Below are positions 19,456 through 27,748 of a stretch of 64,000 bases of DNA, in pieces (position 1 is the stretch's first letter; each line of letters starts with the position of its first letter). The notes beneath the pieces are model-generated. The model had not been told where the DNA came from and did no database searches. It saw nothing but the letters and a program-made list of their open reading frames with translations. Position numbers and translations under genes: made by a program. Origin of the DNA: an uncultured Gammaproteobacteria bacterium (GTDB taxonomy: Bacteria; Pseudomonadota; Gammaproteobacteria; CAMYKB01). The stretch spans positions 9,053 to 73,052 of the forward strand of contig CAMYKB010000011.1 in assembly GCA_947258875.1 (NCBI GenBank), given 5' to 3'.

Positions 19456-20793
19456 TTAATACTCCCAGGACCTGAACTGACCACCCCAGGCATGTAGCCT
19501 GGCTTTCATCTGCGAACCATACCGCTCGATGGCTGATCCAATCAGGATTGCACCACTACCTAGCAAGGCGAGGCTACCCCAACTCCCCAAGTCAAATACC
19601 TGCAGCGCCAGGACAACCTGGTGCAGCAGACCCGCAGCAAGCGTCAAGGCGCCGAGAATGAAAACGACGCGCTGCTCAACCATGTAACCATACACCAGAA
19701 TGAACAGACCCGAGGCCAGGCATAACGCTGCTGTCACAACACCGCCAAACAACATTAAATTGGCAAACAATGCTGTACTGACAATGACCGCTGCCAGGCG
19801 CCGATATAACGCACCACTATTCGCTGCACGCATTGAAATCTCCAGCACTAATGCTGCGGTAATGAAACCAAACACCGGCAACAACATTGTAAAATTCACG
19901 TAATGCAGATCATGGATAAGCACCGACGCACTTAAGCCGGTAATAACAGCCGGCAAGATGGAAAAACGTTCAATCAATGTCCGTAATTTCGTATTCCGAT
20001 CGAGCTGCTGCGAAACCTGGCGTAACATCATGAACGCCATCAGCGACATAATGGTGACCAGAAACACATCCGGCGCATACAACCATAGATTACGGCCCAG
20101 CAACAAAAATAGCGGCAACAACTGCAAGCCACGTGCAATAAAACCTTCGGGTGTCTTGAGTGCAGTATCCGTTTTTGATGCTTGGGTAAGTTGTCTTAAC
20201 ACAACGACTGTCAGTGCAAGTAATAGCCAGCCAATCACAGCCACCTCACGCACAGGAATTAATAAGGCAACATTTGTCAGCAGATATAGCCATGTAAGCG
20301 ACCATGCAGAACGTCTCGCCAGGACCCGAAACCCGAGCCATATTACGGGTGCAAGCACCACAAGTCCGCTTGCTGTCGTCAGTAGCGCTGCGGTTACGCT
20401 TTCAGCATTCCAGTGCGCAAACGCAGGATAGGCGATATTGCCCGCCTCTACCCCCCACTGCGAATAGAGGAATCCGCCTAAAATCGCAAAGTTCGCCGGT
20501 ACTGATGCGAGCGCAATTGCAAGAAATAGACGTGCTCCCTTGGTTTCCCGCAGCCAATGCCCACTGGCAAAACCGATTGCGGCTAACCCGGCAGTGTGCG
20601 CCAGCAGCAACATGTAACGGTACGTATCGTTGCCATTATCCCAACCTTGCAACAGGAAAATTGATACCGCCGCTATTAACGTGCCCGCACCAAGTGTACG
20701 CAGCATCCATGCCAGTGACTCAACCCTCAAACCAAACAACGCCTTATTAGGCGGCGACTCATCGACAACCTCTGTGTGTATTTCCGTATTCAT
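19456..20793 (-). CDS. large polytopic membrane protein (~12 TM), function unknown
   Basis: 445 aa, hydrophobic throughout. Its ATG overlaps the stop of the upstream pspA-like gene (TGATG). Confidence 0.6.
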   Translation of the reverse strand: MNTEIHTEVVDESPPNKALFGLRVESLAWMLRTLGAGTLIAAVSIFLLQGWDNGNDTYRYMLLLAHTAGLAAIGFASGHWLRETKGARLFLAIALASVPANFAILGGFLYSQWGVEAGNIAYPAFAHWNAESVTAALLTTASGLVVLAPVIWLGFRVLARRSAWSLTWLYLLTNVALLIPVREVAVIGWLLLALTVVVLRQLTQASKTDTALKTPEGFIARGLQLLPLFLLLGRNLWLYAPDVFLVTIMSLMAFMMLRQVSQQLDRNTKLRTLIERFSILPAVITGLSASVLIHDLHYVNFTMLLPVFGFITAALVLEISMRAANSGALYRRLAAVIVSTALFANLMLFGGVVTAALCLASGLFILVYGYMVEQRVVFILGALTLAAGLLHQVVLALQVFDLGSWGSLALLGSGAILIGSAIERYGSQMKARLHAWGGQFRSWEY

Positions 20794-21446
20794 CAGTCCC
20801 TCTCCTCTTCAGACATCAGCTCCTGCAGTTCGGCACGTAATGCCTCACGATCTTCTTGATCAACAAAACCACGCTCCAGCGTATCGCCAAAATCCATTTC
20901 TGCTCCGGCACACATTTCAGCCTCGCTCACCTGGATTTCCCAACGCTCAAACGTATCGGCGATATCGCCGCTTACAGAGTGATCCATGCTGGCAATGGTA
21001 TTGAGTGCATCGGCTGCGGATTGGCGCGTGCGCATGAGGTTGCGCTGCTGGGCGATCTCAGTAACACGCTCTTCAGCGGCGCGAATATCTCTACCCAACC
21101 GTTCCTCAAGTTCAGCATGTTTTGCAAGTGTAAGTTGCACATGTCCCAGCTGTTGCTGGCATTCACGACGACGACGCAAACACTCGAGCGCCTTATCTTC
21201 GTCATCGGCTGCGATGCTGCGCGCACGCTCGGCCCATTTTTTCTCGGCAAAAAGCAGTTCAGCATGTTTTTTGCGTAAACGCGCACCGTCCATACCGACG
21301 CGACTCAAACGTACTTTAGCTTTCGCGGCTGCAGTACGGGCATCTTTGAGGGCAGCCTCGATGACGGCATCGTGATTCTCGATCTGGCTGACCATGTGAT
21401 CGATACGCGAACTCATGGTGGCGGACAATCGTTTAAACACAGACAT
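20793..21446 (-). CDS. pspA: PspA/IM30 family protein (phage-shock protein A-like)
   Basis: N-terminus MSVFKRLS...IENHDAVIEAALKD parallels PspA MGIFSRFA...AEDPQKLVRLMIQE. The C-terminal TFERWEIQVSEAE parallels PspA RFESFERRIDQMEAEAE. All-helical coiled coil of 217 aa. Confidence 0.8.
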   Translation of the reverse strand: MSVFKRLSATMSSRIDHMVSQIENHDAVIEAALKDARTAAAKAKVRLSRVGMDGARLRKKHAELLFAEKKWAERARSIAADDEDKALECLRRRRECQQQLGHVQLTLAKHAELEERLGRDIRAAEERVTEIAQQRNLMRTRQSAADALNTIASMDHSVSGDIADTFERWEIQVSEAEMCAGAEMDFGDTLERGFVDQEDREALRAELQELMSEEERD

Positions 21447-21482
21447 GTTGTTCTCCTGAGGTTTATGGTTAACATCCTGGAG

Positions 21483-21501
21483 AATCCAAGTTCTGTGCCA
21501 G
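21483..21501 (-). promoter_or_regulatory. candidate sigma-54 (-24/-12) promoter for the pspA-like operon
   Basis: The minus strand reads cTGGCACagaacTTGGA about 35–50 nt upstream of the pspA-like ATG. E. coli pspA has TGGCAC-N5-TTGT. The spacing is correct and the -12 is GG rather than GC. Confidence 0.5.
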
Positions 21502-21802
21502 CATCACATTAGAATATATAAATTATATATTTCAATGATTTACGCCCTTTCGCTGATCAGAGACAACAACCCAACATGAATTGGGTATACAATTTATGTA
21601 TTTAGATTATGCACAATATGCATACAATATCTGTCCGAACATAACCTGTCCCGGGGAAATTCATGCATGATTGAAATCACCTAAAAAGATTTGCATGCCC
21701 TCATCAATGAGGTGCTCTGTGCGTAGAGTAGACGAACAGATCTTTGCTTAGGCACACTGACAATCCCTTCGATTTATCGCTTATAAAACAAGAACTGTAC
21801 CT

Positions 21803-22015
21803 ATGCGCTACAAAGAAGACACGACTCCCCCAGTGGCAAGCTATGGCATAAGCGGTGACACACTCCTCTGGTATGTGATCTATGGCCTGATATTAGGCAT
21901 CGGCATGTTGATTGTCGGGTTGCGTGCCAAACAGATCTGGCTGGCATTCTGGGGCGGGGTTTTGGCACTGGGCAGCGCGGGCTATCTGCTTGCTGCGGCT
22001 ACGGGAATGACTTAA
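21803..22015 (+). CDS. small hypothetical membrane protein (70 aa)
   Basis: Two hydrophobic helices. No recognisable domain. Confidence 0.35.
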   Translation: MRYKEDTTPPVASYGISGDTLLWYVIYGLILGIGMLIVGLRAKQIWLAFWGGVLALGSAGYLLAAATGMT

Positions 22016-22024
22016 ATGCATAGC

Positions 22025-22055
22025 GGACATGCCGTCCGCTATGCATTCACAAAGT
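22025..22055. terminator. perfect 13-bp-stem hairpin between convergent genes
   Basis: ATGCATAGCGGAC-atgcc-GTCCGCTATGCAT lies between the stops of the small membrane-protein gene and the yceI-like gene. Confidence 0.6.
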
Positions 22056-22060
22056 CAGGA

Positions 22061-22642
22061 TTATTTTTTGCGTACACCTTCTACCGAGAGAAACAGCTCC
22101 ACCTCTTTGGAAGCCGGACCAAGATCATAATTGATATTATAATCAGCCAGCTTCAAAGTGATGCTACCTTCAAAACCACGCCGATAGCCACCCCAGGGGT
22201 CTGGGCCATGACCGACATGTTTCACATCGATCGTGATGGGCTTAGTGACACCATGCAAGGTAAAGTCACCTTTGAGCACGGCAGTGCCATCACCATTATC
22301 CTTAAATGACGTCGAGACAAAACGCGATTCAGGATATTTTTCAACATCCAGGAAATCCTCGCCGCGCAAATGCTTATCGCGCTCAGCATGATTGGAATCG
22401 ATACTGGCGGTGTTGATCAGCACGTTGACCTTACTTGCATCAGGGGTTTTTTCATCAAACACGAATGAACCCGAGAAATCGTTAAAACGCCCAAGCAGCC
22501 AGCTATAGCCAAGATGCTTGATACGAAACTGCACAAAGGCATGCGCGCCCTTAGTATCAATAACATACTCTTCCGCCTGGACAAGCCCCGGGGCGACCAT
22601 AGATGCAAGCAGAATCATTGCGGCGAATCGTTTTATTTTCAT
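22061..22642 (-). CDS. YceI family periplasmic protein
   Basis: Signal peptide and a YceI-like beta-barrel sequence pattern (HAFVQFRIKHLGYSWLLGRF...). Confidence 0.8.
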   Translation of the reverse strand: MKIKRFAAMILLASMVAPGLVQAEEYVIDTKGAHAFVQFRIKHLGYSWLLGRFNDFSGSFVFDEKTPDASKVNVLINTASIDSNHAERDKHLRGEDFLDVEKYPESRFVSTSFKDNGDGTAVLKGDFTLHGVTKPITIDVKHVGHGPDPWGGYRRGFEGSITLKLADYNINYDLGPASKEVELFLSVEGVRKK

Positions 22643-22672
22643 AACATCCTCCTGAGGATAATGAGTGGGTGG

Positions 22673-23221
22673 TTATTGATGGCGCACACCCAGCATACGT
22701 TTGAGCGTGCGATCATGATTAATAAAATGGTGTTTTAATGCGGCCAGCGCATGCACACTCGCGAGCACCATCAAGGCAACCGCGAGTATGAAATGGATCT
22801 CGCCGGCGATATCCTCCTGTTCCTCAATACCAGTGATTGTGGCCGGCACACTGAACAGCCCAAATACTTCAACAGCACGCCCATCGGCAGTTGAAATCAG
22901 ATAGCCTGCGATCATAATGGCGAACAACAGCACATAGAGCAGCGCATGCACAATCGCCGCGATGCGATGCTCGAGCGCTGAACCCGGTTCTGGGCTCGGT
23001 TTCGGATTCGTCACACGCCAGGCGAACCTGAGCAGCATCACAGCAAACAGCGACACACCGATGCTCTTGTGTATCCAGGGCGCGGTCTTGTAAAGCTCGT
23101 CATAGTAAGTCAACTCAACCATCCACAAGCCCAGCGCAAACATAGCCACAACAACCATAGCGACCAGCCAATGCAGTGTCTTGGCAACAATACCGTAATT
23201 GTTTTCAGTGTTTCGCAGCAT
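22673..23221 (-). CDS. cytochrome b561 family protein (CybB-like)
   Basis: Four TM helices with conserved His residues (TLHW..., IHFILAV..., HALAALKHH). It lies directly upstream of yceI, as in the E. coli yceJ-yceI arrangement. Confidence 0.8.
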   Translation of the reverse strand: MLRNTENNYGIVAKTLHWLVAMVVVAMFALGLWMVELTYYDELYKTAPWIHKSIGVSLFAVMLLRFAWRVTNPKPSPEPGSALEHRIAAIVHALLYVLLFAIMIAGYLISTADGRAVEVFGLFSVPATITGIEEQEDIAGEIHFILAVALMVLASVHALAALKHHFINHDRTLKRMLGVRHQ

Positions 23222-23333
23222 GTTTCGATCCAGATATTACATATTAAATGCACCTAGAACTGGATTCTGATCGTTAACAGAGAGAGAATAAACAACCCAT
23301 ACAAGAAATTTCTATTCTGGTTGCGAGAACAAT

Positions 23334-24251
23334 ATGGATCGATTCGAAAGTATGCGCACTTTCACCCGAGTGGTCGAGACGGGCAGTATCAGCGGCGCGG
23401 CCGAGGGCATGGGGATCGCCAAATCAGCGGTCAGCCGACGCCTGGCAGAGCTGGAGGAACACCTCGGTGTACAACTGATGCAACGCACCACACGGCGCCT
23501 CAACCTCACCGAAACAGGGCAAAGCTTCTACGACCGTAGCGTGCGCGTCCTGGCCGACCTCGAAGAAGCTGAACAAGCCGTCAGCTGCGAACATGCCACG
23601 CCACGCGGCAAATTGCGGGTCGCCGTACCCATGACCTTCGGGCTGCTACACCTAACACCCGCAATTACGGATTTTATGCAACAACACCCGGACGTGGAGT
23701 TCGACCTCGATTTCAATGACTGGCATGTTGATCTTGTGCGGGAAGGCTTCGATGTTGCGATTCGCATTTCGAAATTATCGGACTCCAGTTTAATCGCGCG
23801 GCAACTGGCGCCCATACACAATATAGTCTGTGCCAGTCCGGAATACATCAAACAACACGGCGCGCCTCAAACACCGACTGAACTGAAACAACATATCTGT
23901 CTAGCTTACAGCAACATACGCCAGCCCGGTGTGTGGCGCTATCTGGATAAAAATGGCGACAAGAAAAGCATTAATGTGCCAATACGAATACACGCGAATA
24001 ACGGTGACTTCCTGCGTATGGCTGCTATCGCAGGACATGGCATCGTTTTGGAGCCCACCTTTGTTTTGTATCAGGCGATTCAGCACGGCGAACTGGTGCC
24101 GATATTGACCGACTACGACTGGCCTGGCATAAACGCCTATGCGATATATCCGCAAACACGCCATCTCTCAAAACGAGTACGCGTTTTCGTGGACTTTCTA
24201 GTTGAGCGTTTCGCAGGCGTACCGTACTGGGACCAGGCAATTATTTCGTAG
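23334..24251 (+). CDS. LysR family transcriptional regulator
   Basis: N-terminal LysR HTH (MDRFESMRTFTRVVETGSISGAAEGMGIAKSAVSRRLAELEEHLGVQL) and a LysR substrate-binding domain. Confidence 0.85.
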   Translation: MDRFESMRTFTRVVETGSISGAAEGMGIAKSAVSRRLAELEEHLGVQLMQRTTRRLNLTETGQSFYDRSVRVLADLEEAEQAVSCEHATPRGKLRVAVPMTFGLLHLTPAITDFMQQHPDVEFDLDFNDWHVDLVREGFDVAIRISKLSDSSLIARQLAPIHNIVCASPEYIKQHGAPQTPTELKQHICLAYSNIRQPGVWRYLDKNGDKKSINVPIRIHANNGDFLRMAAIAGHGIVLEPTFVLYQAIQHGELVPILTDYDWPGINAYAIYPQTRHLSKRVRVFVDFLVERFAGVPYWDQAIIS

Positions 24252-24340
24252 TACCTGACCCGACCTCACCAGCTTGCTATACGAATAAGATGGCTCCATA
24301 TAGCACTGTTCGGCTCAAAATAAAATATATGGAATATAGT

Positions 24341-24720
24341 TGTGAATAACATAAAACGATCAATATTCTTAGTTATGTTAGGTTTGGAATTTCTTACTGT
24401 TCATTCTGCAAGTGCAGCATCATCTAAAATCGGTATTTTACTATTCGATGGCTTTTGACAAGCGATGTATCTGCTCCTATTGAGATTTTTGGAGCAGCAA
24501 CAAAAAAGGCATGATTTGCGTCATACGAAGTAGTGGTTATTTATGCACCTAAAAACAAGCAGGCCCTTTCAGAATAGTGGCTTAAAATAATTTCTGATAA
24601 AACCACTTATGATAATCTTAAGCTAGATGTGTGAATTATGCCTTGTGCGTATGAAGTGGATGGTTTTCTGAAGAATAAAGACCTTATCGAATATATAAAA
24701 AAAGCAAAATCGATCGATTA
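24341..24720 (+). pseudogene. decayed remnant of a secreted DJ-1/PfpI family gene (AT-rich)
   Basis: Across three frames it reads signal peptide + SKIGILLFDGF | LTSDVSAPIEIFGAATKKA* | YEVVVIYAPKNKQALSE* | GLKIISDKTTYDNLKLDV*IMPCAYEVDGFLKNKDLIEYIKKAKSID*. This is the DJ-1/PfpI order (IGILLFDGF...DV.GP.EVF, VLIMPGG) broken by at least three frameshifts or stops and truncated. Confidence 0.6.
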
Positions 24721-24809
24721 AATCAAGAATTCGTAACATTATGAAAATAGGTTTCTAATAACCACATCAAGCCATTAATTACCGCTGATACACGGGAACG
24801 CGACACCAC

Positions 24810-25223
24810 ATGACTGATCGATGTATCGATGGATTTTTCTACGGACTGTTCATGGACAACGACATACTTCGCGAGAGCCAGATCGTGGCCGTGAATCCAC
24901 GTCGCGCATATGTTGACGACTATGCGCTGCGTATTGGCCGACGCGCAACGCTCGTGCCGTCCTCTGGTGCACGAGCATATGGAATGGTTTTTGCGCTCAC
25001 CCACGACGATCTTGAGAGGCTCTACTCTGCACCTGGTTTAGAGCGATATCGACCGGAAGCCATACTCGTCCACTCACTGGATGGCACAACCTTGCCGGCG
25101 TTGTGCTACAACCTGGGCAATGCTCCGGAACCTAGCGAAGTCAACGCGGAATATGCGGCACGTCTCAGGATGACCCTCAGCAAGCTTGATTTTCCGGCAG
25201 ATTACGTGGCTACGGTCTCGTAG
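24810..25223 (+). CDS. gamma-glutamylcyclotransferase-like (AIG2/GGCT fold) protein
   Basis: FFYGLFMD N-terminal motif and a size (137 aa) consistent with the GGCT-like family. Confidence 0.5.
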   Translation: MTDRCIDGFFYGLFMDNDILRESQIVAVNPRRAYVDDYALRIGRRATLVPSSGARAYGMVFALTHDDLERLYSAPGLERYRPEAILVHSLDGTTLPALCYNLGNAPEPSEVNAEYAARLRMTLSKLDFPADYVATVS

Positions 25224-25243
25224 TACGGCGCATCATTCAGACG

Positions 25244-26023
25244 TTAAATCAGTAACCGCTTTCTCACCAGCACTACAGCGATATAAAAGCTAATTGAGGC
25301 ATAGGCGGCGAGTACCGCGACGTGTATTAGCGGCTGCGTCAGCTCAGTACTGGTTACCAATGGTCTTGCTAATGCAACGGCGTGGGTGAGCGGCAGAATC
25401 TGAACGAAGTTCCGCACAACCTCCGGCAAGGTGTCGATCGGATAAAACACGCCGCAGATGATAAACATCGGCGTTACCACTAATACAAAATAATAATTAA
25501 AGAAATCGTAATTGCTGGCGAAGGATGCCATGATCATGGCGGGGCCAGCGAAACACATGCCAATGAGAAAAACGGCCGGGATGACCCACAGGGCCTGCCA
25601 GCTGGTCACCACGCCCAGCGCGGTTGCCACGGTAAGAATTGCGATGCCGCTAATGGTACTCTTGGTGGCGCACCACATCATTTCACCGGCGAGGACGTCA
25701 TCCACTTCCAGTGGCGTGGCAAGAATTGCCTCGTAGGTACGTTGCGGAACCATGCGCGTGAACACCGAATACATACCTTCGAACGTCGCCGTAGTCATAG
25801 CAGACGATGCGATGATACCGGAGGCAAGGAAGGCCAGGTAGGGCATGCCATCCATTTCACCGACGAATTGCCCTAAACCAAAACCCAGGCCGAGCAGGTA
25901 CAATACGGGCTCGCCGAAATTCATCAACAGCGCTGGGATAATCAGTTTGCGCCATACCAAAACATTGCGCCGTAACACGGCCAACGCTCCACGGCGTATT
26001 TTGGGAGGTCGCCAGATATTCAT
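25244..26023 (-). CDS. ABC-2 type transporter permease (NodJ/YadH-like)
   Basis: Six TM helices and an ABC-2 signature region. Its start overlaps the ATPase gene stop (ATGA). Confidence 0.8.
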   Translation of the reverse strand: MNIWRPPKIRRGALAVLRRNVLVWRKLIIPALLMNFGEPVLYLLGLGFGLGQFVGEMDGMPYLAFLASGIIASSAMTTATFEGMYSVFTRMVPQRTYEAILATPLEVDDVLAGEMMWCATKSTISGIAILTVATALGVVTSWQALWVIPAVFLIGMCFAGPAMIMASFASNYDFFNYYFVLVVTPMFIICGVFYPIDTLPEVVRNFVQILPLTHAVALARPLVTSTELTQPLIHVAVLAAYASISFYIAVVLVRKRLLI

Positions 26024-26964
26024 CAGTCGCGCAGTTCCCTGCCGGTGAGTTTGAGAAACACATCTTCCAGGCCTGCAGGGCGATGCATGAAGGTCAGGCC
26101 ATGTTCGTTTTTCAATTTTGCCAGCAGCGGATCAGGATCACGCGTGTAACAGTACAGACTGCTACCCATGGTCTCGACCCGGCAGCCGGCCTCGTTCCCC
26201 ATGGCCTGTAAGCGCTGGCTGGCCTCACTACGCACCTCGATAACCTCCGGCTCGACGTGTTTAGAAATAAGCTCACGTGGTGTACCGCAGTCGAGGATAC
26301 GGCCCTGGTCCATGATAACCAGTTGATCGCAGAGGCGTTCCGCCTCCTCCATGTAATGCGTGGTCAGAATCAGCGTCACACCTTTGTCACGCAATTCGTT
26401 CAAGCGCCCCCAGATCACATGCCGTGCTTGCGGGTCGAGACCTGTTGTCGGCTCATCCAGCACCACCAATTCCGGGTCATTAATGAGCGCCCGCCCAATG
26501 GTTAAACGCCGTTTCATGCCGCCCGATAGGGTTTCCGTTTTTGCGCCACGCCGATCGGTGAGGGAAGCGAATTCAAGCAGGCGTGCAATGCGTTCATCGG
26601 CTACGCGTGCCGGGATACCGAAGTAAGACGCGTATATCTGCAGGTTTTCTTCAATACTAAAGTCCGGATCGAGGTTATCGGCTTGCGGCACAATCCCGAT
26701 ACGGGCACGCACCTCACGCGCATGCTTGGGAATCTCTAATCCAAACACAGACAGCGAACCGCCGCTTGATGGCGTCAACCCCAAAATCATACGCAAGGTC
26801 GTGGTCTTGCCAGCACCGTTGGGCCCCAGAAAACCAAAGCATTGTCCGCGCGGGATATCAAACTCGACACCATCCACCGCGACATGGCTAGCGTAATGTT
26901 TTTTTAGTCCATGCGCCGTAACAACAGGCTCTTGTGCAGAAGATGAAGTATCTGAAACTCTCAT
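26023..26964 (-). CDS. ABC transporter ATP-binding protein (NodI/YadG-like)
   Basis: Walker A GPNGAGKTT, signature LSGGMKRRL, Walker B LVVLDEPT. Confidence 0.85.
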   Translation of the reverse strand: MRVSDTSSSAQEPVVTAHGLKKHYASHVAVDGVEFDIPRGQCFGFLGPNGAGKTTTLRMILGLTPSSGGSLSVFGLEIPKHAREVRARIGIVPQADNLDPDFSIEENLQIYASYFGIPARVADERIARLLEFASLTDRRGAKTETLSGGMKRRLTIGRALINDPELVVLDEPTTGLDPQARHVIWGRLNELRDKGVTLILTTHYMEEAERLCDQLVIMDQGRILDCGTPRELISKHVEPEVIEVRSEASQRLQAMGNEAGCRVETMGSSLYCYTRDPDPLLAKLKNEHGLTFMHRPAGLEDVFLKLTGRELRD

Positions 26965-27281
26965 GGCAGGGCATTGTACAGGCTGCCAACAGAAAATCCG
27001 ATCATCACGTTTTTATATTCCTTCACTGCTGTTCATAAATTAATGCTGTTATTTTATTTCACGCTATTATTTTAGGCTTCAACACCTATATATGCCGTGT
27101 CTAGACATGCAATCATAAAATATATCGCCATTCCAGCCCGCGTGGGAATGACGGACTTGAGAGATAACAAGATATTTCTTGAAACCCATCAAATACTTGT
27201 AAAAATCGCCATAGCCGTTTTATCAGCAACTGCTACACTTAAAGTGATCCCAACCCAAGTTATGCAGCCAGGAAACGCGTC

Positions 27282-27737
27282 ATGATCCAACTGATGATTA
27301 ACGGCACACCCCACCAACTTGATATTGATGATGATATGCCCTTATTGTGGGCAACCCGCGATATTGTCGGCCTCACGGGCACCAAATTCGGCTGCGGGAT
27401 GGCGCAATGCGGCGCCTGCACTGTACACATAGATGGTCAACCGATACGCTCTTGCGTAACCCCGGTCAGTGTGGCACAAGGCAAGAACATTACTACCATT
27501 GAAGGCCTGGATTCCAAAGAGGCACGCGCCGTGCAGAGCACCTGGGAAAAACTCGATGTAGTGCAGTGCGGGTATTGTCAGTCCGGGCAAATCATGTCAG
27601 CGACGGCGCTGCTAGCGCAAAACCCTAAACCTTCAGATGATGATATCGATGCCGCAATGTCCGGCAACATCTGCCGCTGTGCGACATATGCCCGCATCCG
27701 CGCCGCCATTAAAGAAGCCGCCAGGTCATTAGCCTGA
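27282..27737 (+). CDS. (2Fe-2S)-binding small subunit of a molybdenum hydroxylase (IorA/CoxS-like)
   Basis: Plant-type ferredoxin cysteines ([12 protein letters not shown]) plus a second [2Fe-2S] motif (CGYCQSG...CRCATY). Confidence 0.85.
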   Translation: MIQLMINGTPHQLDIDDDMPLLWATRDIVGLTGTKFGCGMAQCGACTVHIDGQPIRSCVTPVSVAQGKNITTIEGLDSKEARAVQSTWEKLDVVQCGYCQSGQIMSATALLAQNPKPSDDDIDAAMSGNICRCATYARIRAAIKEAARSLA

Positions 27738-27748
27738 GGGATAACCAC

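Noticed and set aside
21520-21545. tatataaattatatat as a perfect palindromic UAS
   Set aside because: It is a mirror repeat rather than a true inverted repeat. It is mentioned only as AT-rich, potentially bendable DNA.
26965-27281. Possible Moco riboswitch upstream of iorA
   Set aside because: The region is AT-rich promoter-like DNA. I could not recognise the conserved Moco-RNA stems by eye. This would need an Rfam covariance scan.
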